Virus record (IMG/VR): IMGVR_UViG_2802429224_000009
DNA: 28,217 nt
DNA from: a virus
Taxonomy: Duplodnaviria; Heunggongvirae; Uroviricota; Caudoviricetes
Direction: 5' to 3' (one strand)
In this document: piece by piece, positions 6,755-15,144 of the stretch
Numbering within the stretch: position 1 is the first letter of the stretch
How the letters are laid out: each line of letters opens with the position of its first letter
Program-made: the position numbers and the translations under genes
The notes under the pieces: generated by a model
Seen by the model: only the letters and a program-made list of their open reading frames with translations
Told to the model about the DNA's origin: nothing
The model's database searches: none

Positions 6755-9591
6755 GTGAGTTTGCATGGAGCTGGAATGAACCGCAGCCAGCTATTGATCC
6801 GGACGACTTCGCGAACTTCAGCCGGTTGCCAAAAACCGGACTGCAACGCGCCATTCGTTACTACTATGAGGCGGACAAAAAGGCTCAGGAAGAACAGGAT
6901 GCGAAGGAAGAAGCCTTTTTCGCACAATCCGCCATGGGTAAAAAACTCATGGCATCCCTTGAGGAAGCCGGGCAACGCGAAAAACTGATAAAAAACATCA
7001 TCAGTAAGCGCCAGGAAATAAAGCAAGACCCGGTGGCCTGCGCCTTTGCCGAACTGAAGGCACTTCCCGTTTATCTGCGAGACCCCCTGAGCCGCCGCCT
7101 CTCTTTTTTACGTAAGAAGCAGGAATCTGACCGCCAGAAAGGAAAAAACGCCAGGCTGGCAGAACGCTATGCACAAGGAACCCTGCTCAAAATATTCAAA
7201 CGTCTGAAACGCACTGACGGACGCTGGCTGACACCGTGTTATTGCTCCCTTGCCGGACGCGAACGCCTGGACGATTTGCTTTACCTGCCGCAGCTCAACA
7301 AACACCAGATACAGACGCTGGCCACCATGACGGCGGCGATGTTCAGCAGCACTTTTGAAACACTCTGCGATAACTTTGGCGCGACTGATGGCGAGCTGAC
7401 CATGAAAATTGCGCTGAAGGCGTATCAGATGCTGGCCCGCATGGCGTTACATCTGCACACCATGCCGCCGCATTACGAAGCACTGAGAACGGACAAAGAC
7501 CGGAAGAACGCACCGAATACGGAGCTGCTGCCGGGTGCCATCCTTCGCCTGACCTGTGCGGAATGGTGGAAACACAAACTGTGGCTTTTACGTTGCGAGT
7601 GGCGGGAAGAACAACTCCGTGCCGCCTGTCTGGTTTCCAGAAAAACATCACCCTATCTGAGCCAGGACGCGTTAAGCGAGTTTCGCGCACAGCGCGAGAA
7701 AACACGCGATTTTCTGAAAAGTTTCATGCTGGAAAATGAAGACGGGTTCACGATTGATCTCGAGACAGTGTATTACGCGGGAGTAAGTAACCCGGTTCAC
7801 CGTAAGGCAGAAATGATGGCCACCATGAAGGGGCTGGAACTTCTGGCCGAAGCCCGTGGTGACAAAGCGGTGTTTCTGACTGTCACCTGCCCGTCAAAAT
7901 ACCACGCAACAACGGAGAACGGTCATCCGAACCCCAAATGGAACGGGGCCACCATGCGCGACTCCAGCGATTACCTGGTTAACACGTTTTTTGCGGCGGT
8001 CCGCAAAAAACTGAACCGCGACGGCCTGCGCTGGTATGGCATCCGCACGGTGGAGCCTCACCATGACGGCACCGTGCACTGGCATATGATGGTCTTTGCT
8101 CATCCGGAAGAAATCGACAGCATCGTGGCCATCACCCGCGATATTGCCATTCAGGAAGATCGTCACGAACTGGGCGATGATATTACTCCGCGCTTTAAGG
8201 CGGAGTATGTCGACGGCTCAAAAGGCACACCAACCAGCTATATCGCGACCTACATCGGAAAAAACCTGGACAGCCGCGCCGTAGATGGCATCGACCCGAA
8301 AACGGGCAAGCCACGCGTTGACCACGAAACCGGAAAATCAATGGCCGAGAGCGTGGAGCGCGCCATTGGCTGGGCGCGTCTTCACCGGGTCCGCCAGTTC
8401 CAGTTCTTTGGCATCCCCTCCCGTCAGGTATGGCGTGAACTCCGCCGCCTTGCCAGCCAGATGGCACGCAACCCGGAAGGCCCGCAACGGCTGAAGGATG
8501 ATGCAATGGATGCGGTACTCGCTGCCGCTGATGCCGGGTGTTTTGCCTCCTACATTGAAAAACAGGGCGGCGTACTTGTTCCACGTAAAGACTACCTGAT
8601 TCGCACCGCCTACGACCTCGCAGATGAGCTGAACGATTACGGCGAACAGAGCGTACAGATTTACGGGATCTGGTCACCACTCATCGGGGAATCCTCCCGT
8701 GTGTGCACGCATCCGGATAACTGGAAGCTGGTAAGACGCAAACCGGAAGCGGAAGACAGCGCCCGCGAAAATGGTTTTGACCTTCAGGGCGGCCCTGCCG
8801 CCCCTTGGACTCGTGGCAATAACTGTCCCCGTGTACAGGAAACGAACAACAACGGGACAGAACAGCCGGAAGAACGGCCAGCACTGTGGCCGCAGCTCCC
8901 TGACGGCGTTGAAGTGAATGAATGGATGCGCTCACTGAAACGGCACGAACGCCGGGCGCTGATGCGTTCGCTGCGTGACAAACAGGCCAAAAACAGCAGT
9001 GCTGAAATGCAGAACTGGACACAGAGCCGCAAACAGCCACAGCCTTTGCCTGATAACCACGAGTTACTCGCTAAAGAATGGCGGGAGTCTGCTGAATCTC
9101 TCGGCCTGCATATCGGTGAACAGCAGATGCAGCACCTGTTACGGGGCGGCAGTCTGTACGTTGACGGCAGCATCATTGCACCGCAGGGATTTGAAATTGT
9201 ACGCAAACCGGATACCCGCCCGGACAGCCGAATCACGCAGCTCTGGCAACGCCTGAGCCGTAACCACGGCGTAAGCAGCACGGAGATCCGCCATAACCCG
9301 GTCGCCAGCTATCTGGAACAACTAGGGGCATCAGACCCTGAAGCCGCCGCACACCTGGCATCCACACTTCAGCAGGACCAGAACACCATGAAAACCCCCG
9401 TTACCGTGCTTTCTGACATGCTGCGCGCCATCCGTGACGCAGAGCATGCACAAAGAATCAGTGAAACCACTGAACGCGCCCGCCGCAAAGCAGACCTGCT
9501 GCGGGGTGGCCTGACCAGCGGAAACAAAAAACAGACAGAAACGGGATTCACAAATCCCGTAAATGAGCAAAAAACGCGCCGCGATATATGA
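6751..9591 (+). CDS. A: Rolling-circle replication initiation endonuclease, P2 gpA family
   Basis: Track ORF 6724..9591; probable start is the ATG at 6751 (MSEFAWSWNEPQ...). Carries the HUH-type motif (HDGTVHWHMMVF) and paired catalytic tyrosines (TSYIATYIGKN) characteristic of gpA-family initiators. At 946 aa it is longer than P2 gpA as I recall it. Confidence 0.9.
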   Translation: MSEFAWSWNEPQPAIDPDDFANFSRLPKTGLQRAIRYYYEADKKAQEEQDAKEEAFFAQSAMGKKLMASLEEAGQREKLIKNIISKRQEIKQDPVACAFAELKALPVYLRDPLSRRLSFLRKKQESDRQKGKNARLAERYAQGTLLKIFKRLKRTDGRWLTPCYCSLAGRERLDDLLYLPQLNKHQIQTLATMTAAMFSSTFETLCDNFGATDGELTMKIALKAYQMLARMALHLHTMPPHYEALRTDKDRKNAPNTELLPGAILRLTCAEWWKHKLWLLRCEWREEQLRAACLVSRKTSPYLSQDALSEFRAQREKTRDFLKSFMLENEDGFTIDLETVYYAGVSNPVHRKAEMMATMKGLELLAEARGDKAVFLTVTCPSKYHATTENGHPNPKWNGATMRDSSDYLVNTFFAAVRKKLNRDGLRWYGIRTVEPHHDGTVHWHMMVFAHPEEIDSIVAITRDIAIQEDRHELGDDITPRFKAEYVDGSKGTPTSYIATYIGKNLDSRAVDGIDPKTGKPRVDHETGKSMAESVERAIGWARLHRVRQFQFFGIPSRQVWRELRRLASQMARNPEGPQRLKDDAMDAVLAAADAGCFASYIEKQGGVLVPRKDYLIRTAYDLADELNDYGEQSVQIYGIWSPLIGESSRVCTHPDNWKLVRRKPEAEDSARENGFDLQGGPAAPWTRGNNCPRVQETNNNGTEQPEERPALWPQLPDGVEVNEWMRSLKRHERRALMRSLRDKQAKNSSAEMQNWTQSRKQPQPLPDNHELLAKEWRESAESLGLHIGEQQMQHLLRGGSLYVDGSIIAPQGFEIVRKPDTRPDSRITQLWQRLSRNHGVSSTEIRHNPVASYLEQLGASDPEAAAHLASTLQQDQNTMKTPVTVLSDMLRAIRDAEHAQRISETTERARRKADLLRGGLTSGNKKQTETGFTNPVNEQKTRRDI

Positions 9592-9636
9592 AGCGCGCAC
9601 AAAACAGGCGAAAACGGGATTTAAAAATCCTGTAAC
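9528..9636. promoter_or_regulatory. Two about 35-bp imperfect direct repeats, each with a hyphenated palindrome ACGGGATT-N4-AATCC(C/T)GT; candidate parC-like centromere/operator or replication nick site
   Basis: Copy 1 at 9528-9562 (inside the 3' end of A), copy 2 at 9601-9635 (intergenic, about 30 bp before the parM RBS). Palindromes 9541-9560 and 9614-9633. Confidence 0.4.
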
Positions 9637-9667
9637 CGATTAATTAATCAACATAAGGAAAAGCGAC

Positions 9668-10627
9668 ATGAAAATTTGTATCGACGACGGCTCCACCAAC
9701 ATCAAGCTGGCATGGACTGAGAACGGCGAACGCCGCAACGCCATCAGCCCGAACAGCTTCAAGTCGGAATGGTCTGCGCCGTTCGGTGGCACGCAGCCCG
9801 CGAACTACATGCTTGATGGCGTGCGCTATGGTTTTGATCCGGTCAGCGATCGCTTTGTCCAGACGACCGACACGCAATACCAGTACAGCGATGTGAATGT
9901 CATTGCCATTCATCATGCGCTGGTCAAATCAGGCATCACGCCACAGGAGGTGGATGTGGTTGTCACCCTGCCACTGAGCGAGTATTTCGACACAAACGCA
10001 CAGCCGGACATGACCAACATCAACCGCAAAAAAGCGAACGTTATGCGCCCGGTGGAGTACCAGAACGGCGAGGCATTCACTATCCGTAACGTGCGGGTTA
10101 TGCCTGAATCCATTCCGGCTGGCTTTAAAGCACTGGCTGACATGAGTCCGTTTGAATCCCTGCTGATTGTGGATTTGGGCGGAACCACGCTGGATGTGGC
10201 AAAGGTTCAGGGGCAACTGGCAGGTATCAGCCAGGTGTTTTGCGATCCACACGTAGGCGTTTCCCTGATGGCCGATGCCGTACTGTCGGTGATGGCCACC
10301 AACGGTATGCGCACCAGTCACCACATCGCCAATACCATTATCGAACATCGCCACGATGAAGCCTGGCTGCGCCAGCACATCCACAATGACGCGCATTACG
10401 CCAGCCTGATGGCGGTTATTCGTGAAAAGGAAGAAACACTGAAACAACGCGTGATCCGCGCGCTGGCGGGTTTTTCGGGTTACGGGCGGGTGATGGTTGT
10501 CGGTGGAGGGGCGGAGATTGTGGCACCCGCTATCCGCGAAGCCTGCGGAGTTAATGCGACTTTCATCGCGGACGGGGTGCCACAGTTTGCTCTGGTTAAT
10601 GGGCTGTACGCAATGGACAAGGAGTAA
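9668..10627 (+). CDS. parM: Actin-like segregation ATPase, ParM/StbA family (type II partition)
   Basis: 319 aa, AAGGAA RBS. N-terminus MKICIDDGSTNIKLAW closely matches R1 ParM as recalled (MLVFIDDGSTNIKLQW); phosphate-2 motif IVDLGGTTLDV; C-terminal VMVVGGGAEI...LVNGLYA also ParM-like. Confidence 0.9.
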   Translation: MKICIDDGSTNIKLAWTENGERRNAISPNSFKSEWSAPFGGTQPANYMLDGVRYGFDPVSDRFVQTTDTQYQYSDVNVIAIHHALVKSGITPQEVDVVVTLPLSEYFDTNAQPDMTNINRKKANVMRPVEYQNGEAFTIRNVRVMPESIPAGFKALADMSPFESLLIVDLGGTTLDVAKVQGQLAGISQVFCDPHVGVSLMADAVLSVMATNGMRTSHHIANTIIEHRHDEAWLRQHIHNDAHYASLMAVIREKEETLKQRVIRALAGFSGYGRVMVVGGGAEIVAPAIREACGVNATFIADGVPQFALVNGLYAMDKE

Positions 10628-10631
10628 ATCA

Positions 10632-10946
10632 ATGACGACACCAACCAGACGGATAAGTTTCTATCTGAAGCCCGCCGTCGTCAAGAGCGAACGGGAGGCG
10701 TGCAGTTACCTCGACAGCCTGCCAGCCTCCGAACGCAGCCGCGCACAACGCGCGGCTTTTCTGGCCGGACTGGCTCTTATAAAACGCACCCCCGCGTTGG
10801 CGTATTCGCTGGCAGAATGGTCAGAAGACGAAATACGGATGCCATCGCTGCCAGTACAGCCTGAAAAACCGGCACAACCAGCAACAAAGAACGACAGCGC
10901 CACACAACTGATGAAGGACAATATCCGCGCACTCTTTCCCGAATAA
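10632..10946 (+). CDS. parR: ParR/StbB-like centromere-binding adaptor (ribbon-helix-helix)
   Basis: ATG at 10632, 4 nt after the parM stop. RRISFYLKPAVVKSEREACSYLDSLPASERSRAQRAAFLAGLAL parallels R1 ParR (RTIAFKLNPDVNQTDKIVCDTLDSIPQGERSRLNRAALTAGLAL) from memory. The track ORF 10497..10946 is an artefactual upstream extension overlapping parM. Confidence 0.8.
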   Translation: MTTPTRRISFYLKPAVVKSEREACSYLDSLPASERSRAQRAAFLAGLALIKRTPALAYSLAEWSEDEIRMPSLPVQPEKPAQPATKNDSATQLMKDNIRALFPE

Positions 10947-11033
10947 CCCCATCGGGGCAATATCGCCCGCTTGCAGGAGAGTCCGGACGAAGCCAGAATA
11001 ACGGCAAACAGTAACTCAGAAGAGGATAACATC

Positions 11034-11537
11034 GTGAGTCACTTTAACGATTTATGTCAGATCAACAAGGATGCAGAAGAGAAGCATACCGAAGCAGCGA
11101 AAATTCTGCGGGAGAGCGCAGCAGAGTTGATTGATTTTTATGAAGAATGGCTGGGGCTTCCATCCCTGTACTGGGAAGATAATGACGGCAACTCGCATCG
11201 CTATGTAGACACAGGCCAGCCATGCAAAACAGCGGAAGACTTCCGCCCGTTCCCACTCCACAGAATGCCATCTTCTCGGGACAATGTTTTTCGTATGGCT
11301 GTGCGAACGTGGGTTGGTTCATCTGACAACAGTTACCCGGTAAGCGTGGTTATTGCGCTTGAACTGCATTCGGTAGATACAGAAAGGGTATCCCTGAAAG
11401 TTCAGGTAGAAGACGATGGCCCTGTTCGCGTATTGCTTAATAAACCCAGCGCAGAAGCCTGGGGAGAGGTGGTCAAGAGCATGAAAAAACACATTGCCAG
11501 TCACCTGAAAAGCCGCGCTCCATCCGCGCTCCGTTAA
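11034..11537 (+). CDS. Hypothetical acidic protein (about 167 aa from GTG 11034; track ORF begins at TTG 10971)
   Basis: GTG at 11034 has AGAGGA about 7 nt upstream; ORF ends at 11537 directly before a strong hairpin. No family recognised. Confidence 0.5.
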   Translation: MSHFNDLCQINKDAEEKHTEAAKILRESAAELIDFYEEWLGLPSLYWEDNDGNSHRYVDTGQPCKTAEDFRPFPLHRMPSSRDNVFRMAVRTWVGSSDNSYPVSVVIALELHSVDTERVSLKVQVEDDGPVRVLLNKPSAEAWGEVVKSMKKHIASHLKSRAPSALR

Positions 11538-11553
11538 ACAGGGCTGGTGAGTC

Positions 11554-11576
11554 GGGGCATAAATCCTTTATGCCCC
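11554..11576. terminator. Perfect 10-bp stem / 3-nt loop hairpin (GGGGCATAAA-TCC-TTTATGCCCC), terminator-like, no U-tract
   Basis: Seen directly at 11554-11576, 17 nt after the stop of the preceding ORF, at the boundary between the early (+) and late (-) gene blocks. Confidence 0.4.
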
Positions 11577-11812
11577 GGCGAAGCAGCAGACAAGCGAAGC
11601 GCGTCAGTCACCGTAGTAGGGAAAATAACTTTATTGTTGAGCTTAAATTTATCAAGCGTTATCTTTCGCCTGTAAACTGCATTGTAAGGTTTTGGGGATT
11701 CAGAGGCGGCTCCCCCAAAAAAGTTGATACCGCCTAGTTGGTCACTTCGTCGTCAGACTGGGACTCCAGCCACGCCAGCTGAGAGGTTGGCACAAACCTC
11801 CAGCTATCCCCG

Positions 11813-12070
11813 TTACCCCGCCTGCAACAGTTCCAGTGCCATCTGTTTTTCTTCCGGGCGCATCCGTTCAATCAACAGCTTTAACACGCCATTCTCCAGC
11901 CCGCTGGGCACCAGTGTGTGCGAGTAGGTCAGGTTCATCACCCAGGTGTGCCCACACTCGAGACGGGTGCAACGGTAATAAACATCTGCAAAGCGATCAT
12001 CTTTCCAGAAGGTCTTCTCAATCACTGCGCGTTCACCACAGCAAAAACATCGCGCTTTTTGTCTGCGCAT
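11813..12070 (-). CDS. ogr: Ogr/Delta-family zinc-finger late-gene transcription activator
   Basis: Track ORF 11813..12139(-); internal ATG at 12070 (MRRQKARCFCCGER...) with GGAGGTGG RBS. Cys spacing C-X2-C-X22-C-X4-C (C8, C11, C34, C39 of the 85-aa product) equals the Ogr zinc-finger spacing. Confidence 0.8.
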   Translation of the reverse strand: MRRQKARCFCCGERAVIEKTFWKDDRFADVYYRCTRLECGHTWVMNLTYSHTLVPSGLENGVLKLLIERMRPEEKQMALELLQAG

Positions 12071-12135
12071 TTTCCACCTCCCAGAGCAGCGTTTTCCTGC
12101 AGCTGATTTTACCTGCTCTTTTCGCATGTCGCACA

Positions 12136-13170
12136 TCACTCCGGGGGCTCATCAAATTCAAGAATAAATTTCACCTCCCCCAGTCGCCTGATATCCGGGT
12201 CACTGTTGATTCCCTCCATAATCAGGCGGCGCATCGGAATAACCTCATCCCTGTAATATGCCTCGCGGGATTTCAGTGGGTCACCAAGCCCGGCCGTATT
12301 TGCGGGAATGATGCCGGCAAGTCCGGGTGGGAAACGGTGCGCAACGAGCTGATCCTGGGCACTGATGGTTTTTATATTCAGGAACTCATCTTTTGTACCT
12401 GAATCCCCGATAGGGATCACCTTAACGCCTTCTTTGTCTCCGCCCGGTATATTGATAAACATGGATTTAAAGTTGCCCGCCCCTTTTGACGCCTCTATCT
12501 TTTTACGGAATTCCGCCTCGAGCTCGGGATCCATGTCCGGGTCAGTGGAATACAGGATATAACCAAGATGTGCGCCGTTCTTGTAATACTTGCGGCGAAA
12601 GCGGGTGGCATCCACATTCAGCATGGCGGATTCCATCCCGTGAATATAATCCGGGACACCGTAAACCTGCTGTTGCGGGTCATAAATGGCCACGAACACC
12701 ACTTCGCCTGGCGGGTAAACGAGATCTTCCAGTGCCGCCTGCACAATCACCGTGCCACCCTCGTTGTTACGCCGCAGGTACAGAGAAGGTAACGTATGCA
12801 GGCGCACCACCCGACCGAAGCCATTGCGCACTTTAAGCAACCCCATATCCCCGAATATCAGCAGATTGGTTACTGCTGCCGCCATGGCGGCGTGTGTCAT
12901 ACCACCACCACCCCGAAAACCCTGCATGATCATATTGACGCGCGCACGCAATACCGCGCCGTGATACGGTGCGATATTGGACAACATGGCGAGATCCATG
13001 CGCTCAATGGGCGGCGTGTACCAGCCGTTATAGCCATCCCAGAGCGAGCCGTAATAACAGCCCCATGCAGCGACCGGTTCCGGGTCACCAAATTCAATAA
13101 ACGTCATTTTGCTGGCTGTTTTTTTTGCCACGCCATCGTGTAACACGGGGTATTTTTTCTTTTTACTCAT
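12136..13170 (-). CDS. Q: Portal vertex protein (P2 gpQ-like)
   Basis: 344 aa, same length class as P2 gpQ; immediately downstream of and overlapping the large terminase gene on the same strand. Confidence 0.85.
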   Translation of the reverse strand: MSKKKKYPVLHDGVAKKTASKMTFIEFGDPEPVAAWGCYYGSLWDGYNGWYTPPIERMDLAMLSNIAPYHGAVLRARVNMIMQGFRGGGGMTHAAMAAAVTNLLIFGDMGLLKVRNGFGRVVRLHTLPSLYLRRNNEGGTVIVQAALEDLVYPPGEVVFVAIYDPQQQVYGVPDYIHGMESAMLNVDATRFRRKYYKNGAHLGYILYSTDPDMDPELEAEFRKKIEASKGAGNFKSMFINIPGGDKEGVKVIPIGDSGTKDEFLNIKTISAQDQLVAHRFPPGLAGIIPANTAGLGDPLKSREAYYRDEVIPMRRLIMEGINSDPDIRRLGEVKFILEFDEPPE

Positions 13171-14950
13171 CTGACAGGATCCATGTTGATTTGCGCTTGT
13201 GCTTATAGTTCAGGGGTTCATTACTTGCGGCATGAGCTATGGCAAAGAAGATGTCAGCGTGCCCGGTTTCTTCGCTACGTTCGGCGGTGAAAGTGACTTT
13301 ATTGCCGCTGTTGGTGGATTCCTGACGAATGGCCAGGAACGATGCCGGAATATCCGTGGCTTCTTCATCCCACTCAATACGGTTGGCGTAAATCAGATCC
13401 AGCATCTTCATCACCAGGCGGTTTTTGGATTCCACGCTGTAATGAATGGCCACTGTTTCACGGCGGGCAAATCCCTGAACCAGCTCAAAGACACCGTAGC
13501 CAAGACCGGTGACGTCAATGCCGATAAATGTCATGTTATAGCGCGCCTTAATGCTGCGGATACGCTCTGCCATAAACTGGAATGACATGCTGCGCCAGTG
13601 GTGTTTTTCCAGCACGCGGAATCGTTCTGCCGCAACCAGCGGCGGTGCCAGCACAACAAATGTGGCGTTATCGCCGGAGCGCGCAGGGTCAAAGCCACCC
13701 CAAACCTCACGGTTACCAAATGGCATGGACTCTTCCGGGTGAAAATCCTCCCACGTACTGACATCAACACCACAACGCACAAGATCATCGAATTTAAAGA
13801 CGCTCTCTTTGTCATCCACAAACACACACATAAACAGCATATTGAACGCTGTTTCGTTGTATCGCTCGCGCAGTTCGTTGATGTCAGCAAGGTTAAAGCC
13901 GCCGGCAATGGCATCTTCCAGCGTAACCACATAGCGCCACTGACCATCCGGACATTCACGCCCACCATCGCGCAGCTCATCAAAGGACGGAAACTCAACC
14001 CCTTTTCGTTTCGGATCGCCTTTGCGCCATTCATCGCCAGACCAGAACGGGTAACCCTGGTGTGTTTTGGATGACGGCGTGGAGAAATAGGTAATGCGCC
14101 AGTGTTTATGGGTGGCCATCCCTGATGCCACTTCATTGAGACGGCGAAAACCGGGGATCCACAGGTATTCATCAATATACAGGTGGCCGCTGTTTGACTG
14201 CGCTGTGTTACTGTTGGTCGCCAGAAAATACAGTTCAGCCAGATTACTTAACTTAACCGGATTGCCTTTAATGGGAATGCCAAACTCTGTTTGTGCAATT
14301 TTTACAATATAAGTACGGAACACTTCGGCCTGACGTTTTGATGCCGATAAAAATATCTGTGTGTCGCCGGTTAATACTGCATCTTCAAATGCCTCAAACG
14401 CGAAGTAATACGTCGCCCCAATCTGGCGGGATTTAAGCAGGTTGCGTACACGGCGGAATTTGTTTTCACGCAGATGCAACTGATAAGCAAACAACTTTTT
14501 CGTAAACGGCTCAAAACTTTCAGCAGTCAGTCCGGAAACGTCATTAGTTTTGCGGGGACGCTCTTTCTTACCTGCACCTTTTTCTCCGCGTTCTTCTTTT
14601 CCATAACGGCCAGGCTGGGGGATGTCCACTCCCATTCGCGCAATCTCAGCCATTCGTTCCGTGTGCTTGTTTCTGACCGACATTAGTTTGACGTGATGAC
14701 CAATCAGGCGGTCGAGTTCATCGTGTTCTTCCGGCGTTTTATGGTCACGCTCCGCCAGTACAGCGAGACGCCGGGCGATAACATCCTCCACACCTTCCGT
14801 ATTGAGCTGCGTGTACCACTCAAACTTTGTCGCCCAGTAATAAACAATTCGCGGGCTGTTCAGTCCGAGTTTCTTTTGTATTTCTTTTGGTGTGTGCCTT
14901 TTCAGATAGAGCGATTTTGCAGCAGCAATCACCTCATCAGAATACGCCAT
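13163..14950 (-). CDS. P: Terminase large (ATPase) subunit (P2 gpP-like)
   Basis: 595 aa; ATG at 14950 with AGGTGAGG RBS; divergent from the scaffold/capsid operon as in P2. Confidence 0.85.
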   Translation of the reverse strand: MAYSDEVIAAAKSLYLKRHTPKEIQKKLGLNSPRIVYYWATKFEWYTQLNTEGVEDVIARRLAVLAERDHKTPEEHDELDRLIGHHVKLMSVRNKHTERMAEIARMGVDIPQPGRYGKEERGEKGAGKKERPRKTNDVSGLTAESFEPFTKKLFAYQLHLRENKFRRVRNLLKSRQIGATYYFAFEAFEDAVLTGDTQIFLSASKRQAEVFRTYIVKIAQTEFGIPIKGNPVKLSNLAELYFLATNSNTAQSNSGHLYIDEYLWIPGFRRLNEVASGMATHKHWRITYFSTPSSKTHQGYPFWSGDEWRKGDPKRKGVEFPSFDELRDGGRECPDGQWRYVVTLEDAIAGGFNLADINELRERYNETAFNMLFMCVFVDDKESVFKFDDLVRCGVDVSTWEDFHPEESMPFGNREVWGGFDPARSGDNATFVVLAPPLVAAERFRVLEKHHWRSMSFQFMAERIRSIKARYNMTFIGIDVTGLGYGVFELVQGFARRETVAIHYSVESKNRLVMKMLDLIYANRIEWDEEATDIPASFLAIRQESTNSGNKVTFTAERSEETGHADIFFAIAHAASNEPLNYKHKRKSTWILSDE

Positions 14951-15144
14951 AAATAAACCTCACCTGCTGATGCAATTTTAATTTATGCATTTTCAGCAAA
15001 GGCTTTTTTAAAAACGAATATCGCTTTTCGGTATTTTTCGGATATATGCGCATATCCGAAAGTACCGGAAATTAATCAGATGACGACGTTTTCATTTCTC
15101 CGTTAAATAACGCCAGTTTAATTTTTATCAGCGGATTAATTCAG
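14951..15144. promoter_or_regulatory. Divergent late-promoter region between P (-) and O (+)
   Basis: AT-rich 194-bp intergenic region. Inverted repeat gctgaTGCA...TGCAttttcagc (about 14964-14998); perfect 12-bp palindrome ATATGCGCATAT (15044-15055); direct TTTTCGG repeats (15025-15041). Confidence 0.5.

Noticed and set aside
10497-10631. N-terminal extension of the parR ORF as listed in the track
   Set aside because: Would overlap the last 130 nt of parM in another frame; the ATG at 10632, just after the parM stop, gives a product co-linear with ParR from its first residues.
10947-11034. LexA (SOS) box upstream of the unknown ORF, by analogy with 186 tum
   Set aside because: No CTGT-N8-ACAG motif found by eye in this interval.
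11577-11600. Direct identification of the cos site by similarity to the P2 19-nt cohesive end
   Set aside because: GGCGAAGCAGCAGACAAGC shares only the first few bases with the P2 cos sequence as I recall it; too weak to call, so cos is reported only as an expectation for this interval.
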